A stretch of DNA of 64,000 bases from Paraphysomonas bandaiensis (lineage: Eukaryota > Protista > Chrysophyceae): NCBI GenBank assembly GCA_965644295.1, contig CBFFRP010000620.1, forward strand, positions 5,534-69,533. The letters run 5' to 3'. How positions within the stretch are numbered: the first letter of the stretch is position 1; the number at the start of each line of letters is the position of its first letter. The notes under the pieces are model-generated. The model saw only the letters and a program-made list of their open reading frames with translations. It did not search any database and was not told the DNA's origin. Positions 1 to 9,718 of this stretch are shown here, piece after piece. The position numbers and the translations under genes were made by a program.

Positions 1-1
1 T

Positions 2-919
2 TAAGCTAGTCCAATACCAAGACTCTTTGTCCAACAAAATATAGGAACGCTGCTGGGACAGAAGCTGCATTTTGCTAACATCTAGAGCATTCTTCCCATA
101 GTTCATTTTGCAAAGCACTGACACCAGAGCCTTGGCCAGCAGTCCTGTCGAGTCTTCGGTCTGGCCAGTGTACATTTGGCTTCCATGAAGCACTCGCGCA
201 TCTGCACATCCGACATCGATATTGTCTGTGCTCAATGTGTATGATAAGTCTGTGGCCAATGCTGCAGCGTCACTGTCTGGTAACCAGCAGATTAGCCAAT
301 CCTCAAAATCGGTCAAAATACCGAATACATGTCGTAGCCCATGAAAGCTGCGTAGGCGTAACATGTAGTCGAACAGCTGACCTTGGACCTTGGGATTCTG
401 GAAAGTGGACTCCTTTGCCTTATTCTTTCTCGGCTTTTTTATTTCGACAGCCCCGACAGGGTACCCATTGCAACAAATAACCCAAATGTCCGCTTTCATG
501 GAGGCAATTTCGAGATCGCATCGCAATTTTAATTCCCCTCCAAGGTTTGCAACTGTGAGCATGTCAAGAATGACACTGTGAACAAGATTATGGATATCCA
601 TTTCTGTAGAGAACCCTACAGTATCGTCCAAAGTAAATATTTTTGATATCTTCTTTTCTAAATTCTTGATTTGTTCAGTCGAGATATCCAGCAGTCCAAA
701 ATTTAATTCACGAAAAGCACTCACACATCTGTGTCCATTGCTAATTGATGGACTTGTCCTGGACCCATCTTGGAAAACACAAGGGAGTTTTCGTTGGCCA
801 CTGAAATATTGATATAGACTGTCCTTTCGGAATTCATTCAACTCTACATGTGCCGAATTCAACTGTTCCGTCAGTTTCAACACTTGGCTTCGCAACTCTT
901 CCTCTACACTACTAGACAT
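2..919 (-). CDS. PD-(D/E)xK restriction-endonuclease-fold protein (Crinkler/CR-REase-like), 3' end outside the window
   Basis: My translation: ATG at 919 (MSSSVEEELRSQ...), 306 codons open to the window edge, so absent from the ORF track. Contains KADIWV...GAVEIKKP...QGQLFDYMLRLRSFHG...FGILT...W, i.e. a D..ExK..QxxxY arrangement. Confidence 0.7.
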   Translation of the reverse strand, partial: MSSSVEEELRSQVLKLTEQLNSAHVELNEFRKDSLYQYFSGQRKLPCVFQDGSRTSPSISNGHRCVSAFRELNFGLLDISTEQIKNLEKKISKIFTLDDTVGFSTEMDIHNLVHSVILDMLTVANLGGELKLRCDLEIASMKADIWVICCNGYPVGAVEIKKPRKNKAKESTFQNPKVQGQLFDYMLRLRSFHGLRHVFGILTDFEDWLICWLPDSDAAALATDLSYTLSTDNIDVGCADARVLHGSQMYTGQTEDSTGLLAKALVSVLCKMNYGKNALDVSKMQLLSQQRSYILLDKESWYWTSL

Positions 920-1055
920 ACCATACTATACTATACTATAATTTATTCATCACGATTCTTTTAACCATAACTGTTGCATATATGTGCATCATACTGTTGC
1001 ATATATCTAGATATGGACATCATACTGTTGCGGCTTTGAGAAGTAATAATTACAG

Positions 1056-1212
1056 TATCGTATCGGCATCCTTCGTTTATTTTTGTTCCAAGATGCCTCT
1101 AATATTGAGATAACAATTATATGTATTCCAGCCGTAGTTGTAGTTCAGTAATATAGATGAATTTTGCTTCCATTTATTTCCGAAAAATGAGATGCTGACT
1201 GCCGATACGATA
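1056..1212. mobile_element. MITE family A (Tc1/mariner-type, TA ends)
   Basis: Perfect terminal inverted repeats TATCGTATCGGCA ... TGCCGATACGATA; the interior matches 28925-29053 in inverted orientation. Confidence 0.75.
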
Positions 1213-1959
1213 GAAGGTCCGCTTTTATGAACAGAAACAGAACGGTATTATGTAGTATTACGTGTATTCTACTGTATGCTACTGCTGTATACTGTTGTAT
1301 AATTGTGTTAAAATACTGTTGTATGTATAGGTATATCTATATGTGCGTCATCTTACGTTACTTTAAACTCTCAGTAGTGCCATGAAACAAGATAATATCT
1401 ACACCAGGAGCCGATAGCGATCTACTTGCCGTCATATTCTCATCAACCCCTCCATTAATGCGATGTCTGTTCATATATATACGTGAAGGTGACTGTTAAT
1501 AGTCTCACAGACCCCCCTCACGTATATACGACACAAACAGAGACATGTGCCAGTCAATTATCTTCTGTCGTTTGCTCCATTTCATTCCGTCTACGTTTAT
1601 CCCTCTTGCGGCCCTTCATGTAGGGTAAGATTTTTCTTGAAGCCTTTGATTTTTCTGTAGGGTAAGATATCTCTCTGAGGTTCTCCCCCCCACCACAGAT
1701 CCTACAGCATTTTTATTTTACCTTTTGGAAAACGAAAGCCTTCTGAACACAAATGATGGCGCCCTCCCCATGTGTAAATTCCAGCATTCTCTCGTGATAT
1801 AGATTGCTCTTCTTGTGTAGGTATTCGCTCCGAATTATATGAAGTGCATCTTGTTCAAATTTCTGGTAAGAGTGTTTCACGTAGAGTCCCCAACGGATAC
1901 ACAAACTATACTTTGAAGCCGCTGAATATATGCAATCAGCTTTTGCTATTGACATGTTA

Positions 1960-2095
1960 TAAATAATATTGCTCTTGCGTGCTGAGGTTAAGTGTGCACT
2001 GACCCTTATACTGTCACACTATTATTATTAATAAAATAAAAAAAGTGACGATGCACAGACATCTAAGCTTCTATAAAATAAGATTGATAACTAGT
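1960..2095. repeat. old dispersed repeat family D (decayed transposon fragment)
   Basis: Core AAGTGT..ACTGACCCT..TACT.TCACAC plus flanks; recurs at ~35185-35250 (inverted) and ~58710-58850. Confidence 0.5.
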
Positions 2096-2223
2096 CTTAG
2101 TATTTAGTGTGAGATATATACTTCGTATTAGTTAGAAGATAAAACTTGTAATAAACTCCATATACGTAACGAAGCCTAATAATGTAACAGTATGGGACAG
2201 TTGGATAGTGCATCAAGGACCAA

Positions 2224-2393
2224 GGGATGTATTATTCAACCTAGTCAAATTGGTTGAATTACCTAGTCACACTACTTTTGGTTGAATAACCTAGTCAAGT
2301 AGGTGAAAAACCTAGTCATTTAATAATTCATATATTAAGTTTACAATGACTAGGTGTTTTGGGGTATTCACCTAGTCAAAAATAATAATTTCC
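2224..2393. mobile_element. MITE-like family C with iterated ACCTAGTCA subterminal motifs
   Basis: GGGA..TATTATTCAACCTAGTCAAATTGGTTGAATTACCTAGTCAC terminus, about six ACCTAGTCA motifs; near-identical termini at 27422 (inverted) and 54366. Confidence 0.65.
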
Positions 2394-2451
2394 ACTCAAA
2401 CAAGTTCCCTTCCACATTAATGAAAATGCAAGAATTGTACACATGCAATAC

Positions 2452-2738
2452 TGCCCCATATTGACAGCGTAACTAATTACTGCGTGCGGCCCCCTAGTGG
2501 GTGCGGCTGAGTGCTGCTGCGATTGCTCACCTCTACCTATGTACACATTGCTTAGTTCAGCACTACCCCACCCGGGGTCTCACTGCATATTCAGCGCTGA
2601 ATACCATGTGATAATGATGTAGCTAGTTGGGTTCAGTAGGTAGCTAGCAAATAACGTATGGGACTTAAATCAAGTATTAGTTAGGTACCCACCCGACCCC
2701 CATCCGAATCTACCTAAGTACGCGCTCAGAATGGGGCA
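2452..2738. mobile_element. MITE family B (~285 bp, CCCCAT...ATGGGG TIRs)
   Basis: TGCCCCATATTGA ... TCAGAATGGGGCA; homologous copies at 39516-39753 and 47350-47610. Possible decayed TSD AATAC/AGTGC. Confidence 0.8.
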
Positions 2739-5700
2739 AGTGCAAGATCTCGAGGACAGCGGGCTGGGCTCATCACAGAGAGCTAACAACTTCAAAGAGA
2801 GTTTGGACGAATGCCTGAAGGCCAAAGATGCTTGCGATTCTCTATCTACGCCCTCTGAAGGAGATATTGACCGTATATTGGACGACTTGGGTGAGAGCAG
2901 CGTTGAAAGTTTGAAAGAGCGGCTCGCTGAATATCGCGATCAGCTTGATAAGTTTGATAACGAGGGGAAATCATCATCTGTACGAGCTCGCAATGTCCGA
3001 GACATGGTTGTAACTTATGAGCATGCGCTATCCAAGATCAAGGCTATCCAAGCGCAGCGTCAAGCGGGCGTTGTTACACGCGCATCGGATGGAGATATTG
3101 ACCGTATATTGGACGAGTTGGGTGAGAGCAGCGTTGAAAGTTTGCAAGAGGGGCTCGCTGAATATCGCGATCAGGTTGATAAGTTTGATAAAGAAGGGAA
3201 ATCATCATCTGTACGAGCTCGCAATGTCCGTGACATGGTTGCAACTTATGAGCATGCGCTATCCAAGATCAAGGCTATTCAACCGCAGCGTCAAGCGATC
3301 GCTACGCCAAATACGGATAATACCCCATACTTTGTGCACATATTTCACGATGTGGAGAATTGTAGGTGTGAAGGGCGATTGGGTCTGAAGGCCAGAGTCC
3401 TAGTTAAATACACGTTAGAGAAGATCATGTGCGCTTTTCTCGAAGTATGGAAGCAGTGAATGTTATGGATTTCGACCGAGATCTGTCATGGAAGTGGGAT
3501 TTTTGCATCAGGCGCGACAGCAATAATGTTTTTCACCCATCGAAATCTTTCGTTCGAGATATGGACACTGTTGGGGCAGTACTTATCGATGTGCCGGGTA
3601 TAAAGAAAGGAGAGGTTGATAAGCGCATTGAGCGTAACATGAGAGCATTTGTAGCTGATTACCAAAAAATGAATGACGATGCGAAACAAAAAACTGCAGC
3701 TGTCCTCATTGCCAGTGATGGTGACTACTCCTCTGTTGTAGACGATTTGAAACGGATGGGTATACTTGTGATTTTAATTTATGATCCCGCGGAATGTTCT
3801 GATGTTTTCAAATCCATTGTGAGTCCTCGCTACTCTCTAGGTGTGTGGCAAGAAATCCTTGGTGCCAGTAAACCTATGGCGTCTGGAGTTAATAACACTA
3901 CTGTGGAAATATTTGGAAACCCACAGAATGATAAGGAGTATGCCTCTCTAGTTTTTGCTCTTGCCGATTTCATGTATGTAAGGGGACAGGCCAGCCGTTT
4001 CTATCCCGTTGACATGAGAGAGCTAATTAGAGATAAACTAGAAATCGGGGCGATTAATACTAAGTATGGGGGCTTGGACAGTTTTTGTGGTAGAAGTAAT
4101 GGAGCTCTTTGCTACCAGGCTAATAATCAGGGAGGATTAGTTTCTGTAGCTTTGCACTTTCTACTGGAGTTTTGGGTACGCTTAGAGGGGGGAAAGGTTC
4201 CCGCCAATCGATTGGGTACGTTATTATTGCACTTTTTAAAGTCGTATTCCTATTCTTATTTACTTTGAAGTCTGGCTGCTAATTGTGATGCATGTAGGTG
4301 AATTCTATAAGAATTTTTCACGGTGCGCCGAAAAAAATGTGGTCAAAAACCAATTTAGAGAAAGTGGGGGGGCTCCTGCACTCTGTTCTGCCACTGGTGG
4401 AAGTATGATATGGATCCAGTGTCCCGACGATAGCACCGTGAATGCACAGGTAACAGTGACGAGACTACCAATTCGTGCATGTGGACTATTAGCTGGCTAC
4501 TACACCACAACCACCTCAAGTACCTCTCAAAGCCAACTGTTGATGACAACATGTTGCTTAAGGTGTCACCCGATGTCGTATTGAAGCTGTGTACTGATTC
4601 TCAGGGACCGTATTAGCGACTATCGATTAATCACTTTGAATCTTCACAGCAACCAATTTCTGATCCAGATGCTCTGTTGAAAGAAAGCAAATTGTGTGTA
4701 GATAAGTTTCTAAGTGGCCTACAGATCTCACCACTAGCCGAAGTGCCGGTGCCACGCTCAGTTCTTCTGGGTGACACTGAATTGCGAACGATAAGGAAAC
4801 AATATCAAGTGTACTGCAATGTGTACAGGCGTAGGCAGGAGAACACGTGTGGCGATGATGCCATTTTTATGCTTCTTCCTAAACATATGTCAGCAGGACC
4901 GAATGTACCGGCGAATCGATCTCCTCGACGACACCCAAATAAGAGTGCTTATGATATAGAGGCATTTACGCATTCACACCTAGTGAAACTAGGCATCAAC
5001 CGCGATACTCATATTGTGACATATTGAACATACGAAAGGAACCAGTGCTACATGCTTATATCGTGCTATCTATCTCGAGATGCACTTGACCAGGATAGGA
5101 GAAACAGGCTCCTCAATTCATTTTGTGAATCACTGCCTAGTCCTGAAGCGCGTGAAGTTGAGTCTATTAAGCTTATTTATCCTTCCAGAAATGCGGAGGG
5201 GGCGGAAAAAGTCATGGATCGTATTAACGAACTTCGTCATTGCGAACGGGAATTAGATGTATTCGATGCCCCGGGTGGTCCTCCAGACACTTCCTCCTAC
5301 CGCCCTGCTGTCGAACGATTCGTTTTTATGGATGCAGTCTGGCGCTTTTTGATTAGTGAGATCAATGATATTGCACCTGGATTACAGCTCAAAATATCTC
5401 AGCGTCAACAAAAGCGCGTCATAGCTGTACGTGGTCTAGAAAAGATGGTTGAGATTGCGGAGACACGTTTAAGAGAACGGCGTCGGAAAATATTGGAAAA
5501 AGCCATTGCAATTCCGAAGGAAAAACAGAGCGAGGACGTCAATGACGCACTTAATGACAACCTGAACTCAATTTTTTCCAGCTGGTTTAGAGCATATGAT
5601 CCTGTCCAAGACGGTACGTATTCGCTGGATACTGGATCCAACACTAACGAAACGTCTGTTTCTAGTGTAAGTTTGGGTAGTAATGCAATCCTCATTTCGT

Positions 5701-8551
5701 CGTTAATGGTATCGTATGTAGTCTACATCAGTCCGGATGCCTCTGGCGAAATTCTATGTAGGACAGAGAGAGGTTTGTATTTTGGCTCTGCATGAACGCC
5801 AGGACCAATGGCAGCTCCTTGTCAAAACAGCCCAAAATATTATTGACAGCTTTACAAGGAGAGAAATATCTGTAAAGGGTGAAAATCCGACTAGATTCAA
5901 AAAAGCACTCAGTAAATTTGATCTATTGTCTTATAAATATATATGACAAGGACACCAAGAATATTATTTTGCATGGTGCCAGGGAATCGGTTTTGGGAGC
6001 AAGTGCTTACATTGAACAAGAAATGACTGGACAGCAGCCCGAGTCTGCCGATATAGACTGTTCGGAATTCCCGCATAGCGATAGAATTGCCAGATATCTT
6101 CGTCGAGATGGTGAGGGATGTACTTTAGCACATTTACAGAACTTTGTGTCTCAGACTTTTAAATCGATGACTCTAACGATAGGCTCACAGTGAATCAGAT
6201 TCCAACAACTCCACAATTCTTACGCTTCGTGGTCCTCAAAAAATGATACCAGCAGCTATTGAGGCAACGAAGGCGAAATTACGAAAAAATGTAGCTGATC
6301 TCGAATTATCAGTGGTTGACTGCTTTCACGATTATCAGGTGAACTGGTTGATGCAAAATGCGACGGATATAGGCGACGAAAATGATACTGTGGTGGATTT
6401 TGTCAGTGAAGACTTAATTTCAACCGATGGCGATCCGCAGTTGAAATGCCAGTGCGAGATGGGTCCAATATCTGTTTACGTAGTTCATTGTGATTTTATT
6501 GAGACTGCATCTTATGGATGTAACACAATTGTCAACTCCGCCAACTCACAATTGCAGCATGACGGTGGTATTGCGAAGGCAATATCAGATGCTGCTGGCC
6601 CCGAACTTGTTACACGGAGTGTAATTCCAAAAGTCATATTCCTGCTGGTGGAGCGACAGCGACGGAATCGTATCGTTTGCATGATCACGGATTCAAGAGT
6701 ATTATACATACGGTGGCTCCGGTATGGTCTTCTTCTTCTAACGATTCTGTGAGGATAGGCGAACGCAATTTGTTGTATAATGCTGTGAAGAATGCCTTGT
6801 GTGAAGCTCAGTTAAAAGGCGCGGAGGCCGTAGCGATTCCAGGTGTTGGTATGGGTTTATTCAAGTGGCCGGTGGAAGATGCTGCGACAGAAATCGTACT
6901 TGCAATCGGAGAGTTCATTCATGACCAAACAGCGGCTGATGACGCCCAGAAATCTCTGAAAAAAATAGTTCTTTTTGACAACATTGAGTCCAGGGTATCT
7001 GCGTTCGTATCAGCACTAAAGGCATTGCAGGATCACACCATTGGTGCGTCGGTGTCTATCCCTACACAATTCCCTCCTCCACCACCACCTTCAGTGCCTG
7101 AGTATCAGTGGTTCCGGAAAGTGTGGACTCATGAGATTTCGGAACAGCCAGATGGGGTGGTTCGTACCGTGTATGACGAATCTTTGGTTGAGCATGTTGT
7201 TGTTCCTTATGATTATGATCAAGTTATGCAAATGGAGCGAGCATTTCTTGCTGGAGACTCGTCGGTTACTCTGGTTGGTGATGCCTACGGAGCAAGAAAT
7301 AATAAACAATACAAAATTGACTTCTCACTAAAAACACAAACAACGATTCCACCCTTGAATGACCTTTCTGTACGTCCGATTTTCCGCAGACCTGTAATCG
7401 ATCCTAAGAATATTCCGATGTACAATGAGCGGTGTAAAGAGCAAATACTCGTTAGATCTGACATCGTTGAGAGGGTTATACCTACGAACTTAAGAACTGG
7501 TGCTTTTGTAAAAGGTCGAGATGGGATACAGACTCTAAACTCCTTACAAAGAGAGAATGGCGTGGCAATATTCGGTAATTATTTTGTCATTTATTGTCGT
7601 GATTGGATGTAAATATATTTTGTGTAAATAGGTACCTCTGATGCGATAAAGAAAACCATGATTGCTCTCGATAGTTTCATTTTGGAAAATAAAACTTCCA
7701 ACACTGTTGAATTACGTCTTCTACGAACTTCCAATATTCAATTCGAAACCGCACTTAATGAACTCCAGGAACTAAGCAGAGAAATGAATGTCGTGATCAG
7801 CTCCAGCAATGATGCCGACTGGAATGTTATTATTGAAGGTTTAGGGGAAGTTGTAGTGCTCCGGGCGCAGACAAAAGTGCTTGAATATGAGAGGAATAAA
7901 GTCTATAATGACAGCCGTGCCCTTTCTCTACCTGATACCTGGGGGTATGAGTTAACTGATGACGATTGCTTCCCTGACCCTTCACTCAAAGAGCTAGAGC
8001 CAATTAGCAGCGAGTACATCGAGGCTGCTAAATGCTTTGGAAATGACAATTTTAAGGCAGACATAGTGCGCATTGAACGTGTGCAAAACGTAGAGCTCTA
8101 CCGTCTTTACGACACGAAGCGCAAAGAGGTTGCTCGTAAAAACGGAGGCAATGCGAATGAGATTCTTCTGAAGCATGGAACACGTTATACACTTCCGAAA
8201 ACTGTCTGGAATAGTGGTTCGAGGACAAACACATATGGTTTTGATTTTCGTTGGTCTAGTGCCAATAATTATTATGGTAGAGGATCGTACTTTACTGACG
8301 ATACTGCTGGTTACGCTAATAGCTACTCGTATAAATGCGAGAACTCAGACGAAAGACAGATTTTTCTGGCATATGTCGCCCAGGGTTGTATTGAGCAGAA
8401 GGATACCACAGATAGCAACATAAAAACCCCTTCAGCGGGTTACCAGTCTGTGCGTGGTCCGATTGATGGGTCTATTCAAGGGCTTATTGTTTACGAACTG
8501 CATCAAAGCTATCCTGCTTACGTTGTTACGTACAAAAGAGCGCCCAAGTAA
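2731..8551 (+). pseudogene. disrupted multidomain gene: helical repeats - NYN RNase - LOTUS/OST-HTH-like - KH-like - Macro - WWE - PARP (ADP-ribosyltransferase)
   Basis: NYN: FVHIFHDVENC...KKGEVDKRI...VLIASDGDY. Macro: IVNSANSQLQHDGGIAKAI...IHTVAP...AVAIPGVGMGLF. WWE: VPYDYDQVMQMERAF...YKIDFSLKTQ. PARP: LKHGT, YYGRGSYF, YELHQSYPAYVVTY. Frame-restoring introns at 4216-4297 and 7575-7631. About six frameshifts and in-frame stops at 4614 (TAG) and 5025 (TGA). Confidence 0.8.
2854..3300 (+). repeat. intragenic tandem duplication, 231-bp (77-aa) period
   Basis: GGAGATATTGACCGTATATTGGACG at 2860 and 3091; GDIDRILD...HALSKIKAIQ occurs twice. Confidence 0.95.
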
Positions 8552-8586
8552 CTAGGTGAGCTGTAGTACTATGCAATTGGTTGAAC

Positions 8587-8783
8587 TAGGGTTAGGGTAC
8601 TAGTTTATACTTCCTTTTCTTTATATATACTCTTGACTTAATAATTCTGTTTTCTCCGTACTATTCGATTAGGGTTAGTTTTAGGGTTAGGGTTAGGGTA
8701 CTAGTTTATTCTTCCTTTTCTTTATATACTCTTGACTTAATAATTCTGTTTTCTCCATACTATTCGATTAGGGTTAGGGTTAT
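8587..8783 (+). repeat. interstitial telomere-like TTAGGG units within a ~101-bp tandem duplication
   Basis: Short (TTAGGG)n runs near 8587, 8669-8698 and 8768-8782, separated by two copies of an AT-rich spacer. Confidence 0.8.
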
Positions 8784-9032
8784 TGAAAATTGCTCATTTT
8801 AAGCTAGATCACAGAGAGAATTTGTCGTAAGACTGTAGATAGATTTATTAATATCATCGTTTACATGAAGTTGTGATAACCAACACTAACTCATTTCAAT
8901 CCATGCATAATATCCTACATATGCGAACCTCTCGTTACTGAACATATCTTGAAAGATCACGTAAGCACAACAAACAGTGGATTGACGCTGAGTCGTAATT
9001 GTAACTACTTCAAATTGATATCCACTACGAAA

Positions 9033-9487
9033 TGTGATGTTTCTGAGAACTAGAAACACGTGAAAGACAAAAAGCTCTCTCTAAAAACGTTTTAACAGAT
9101 TTAAAGTGCACGCCAGCGGGCTGCTACACTGTTAAGCCTACCAGCGGGTAGAACTCCTCCACACAAACGCAAACCGCGAATGAGCTTAATTGAATCGTTA
9201 TTAAAACGTTATATAGAAAGAATGAGTAACACAGCTATACATCTCTACAGTGTAACACACACATACACATACATCATGTTCAGCATTTCACTTCAACACA
9301 CAACACACCCGATTAGAAGTATTTTATCCGGTATGTATGTACAGCTTCAACACTCTGAGAGTAGAAACTGAAAATAAAACTGAAAACTGAAAATACTAAA
9401 ACACTCTGTACGTGTTAGAGAGTACAACAGAAGAGTAACATATCATACTACTAATAACGCAGTATAAGTAACCAGTACTGCGTGACA
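9033..9487 (-). repeat. 3' LTR (455 bp)
   Basis: Matches 15373-15828 with 3 substitutions and one 1-bp indel; reads TGTCACGC...ACATCACA on the minus strand. Confidence 0.97.
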
Positions 9488-9505
9488 CTACCCTCTTTTC
9501 CCCCC
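9488..9505 (-). promoter_or_regulatory. polypurine tract
   Basis: GGGGGGAAAAGAGGGTAG immediately before the 3' LTR on the minus strand. Confidence 0.9.
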
Positions 9506-9718
9506 AGCTGAAGAAATTAGATTGTGAATACAGATACTGTGATTCATGTATGCAAATACTTAAATCGGCCATACTAGATAGCGTCATTCTAAGTATAAGC
9601 AAACAAAATCAGATTCAAACATATTAGATTGAAAATAAACTAGATAGACAAGGTAGTATTGTAATAGAAATAAAAGAATATTATAAATATGATTTCAAAA
9701 TAGAAGAATAAAACCTGT

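Noticed and set aside
1713-1955. 80-aa minus-strand ORF as a gene
   Set aside because: No recognisable motif and embedded in decayed repeat sequence.
4614-5027. Stop-codon reassignment or selenocysteine explaining in-frame TAG/TGA
   Set aside because: TAA, TAG and TGA all end ordinary genes in this window, and the stops co-occur with frameshifts.
3429-6752. Tiny introns explaining the frame changes in the NYN-PARP gene
   Set aside because: Only 4216-4297 and 7575-7631 (perhaps 4450-4492) have frame-restoring GT-AG ends; the other shifts are 1-2-nt indels.
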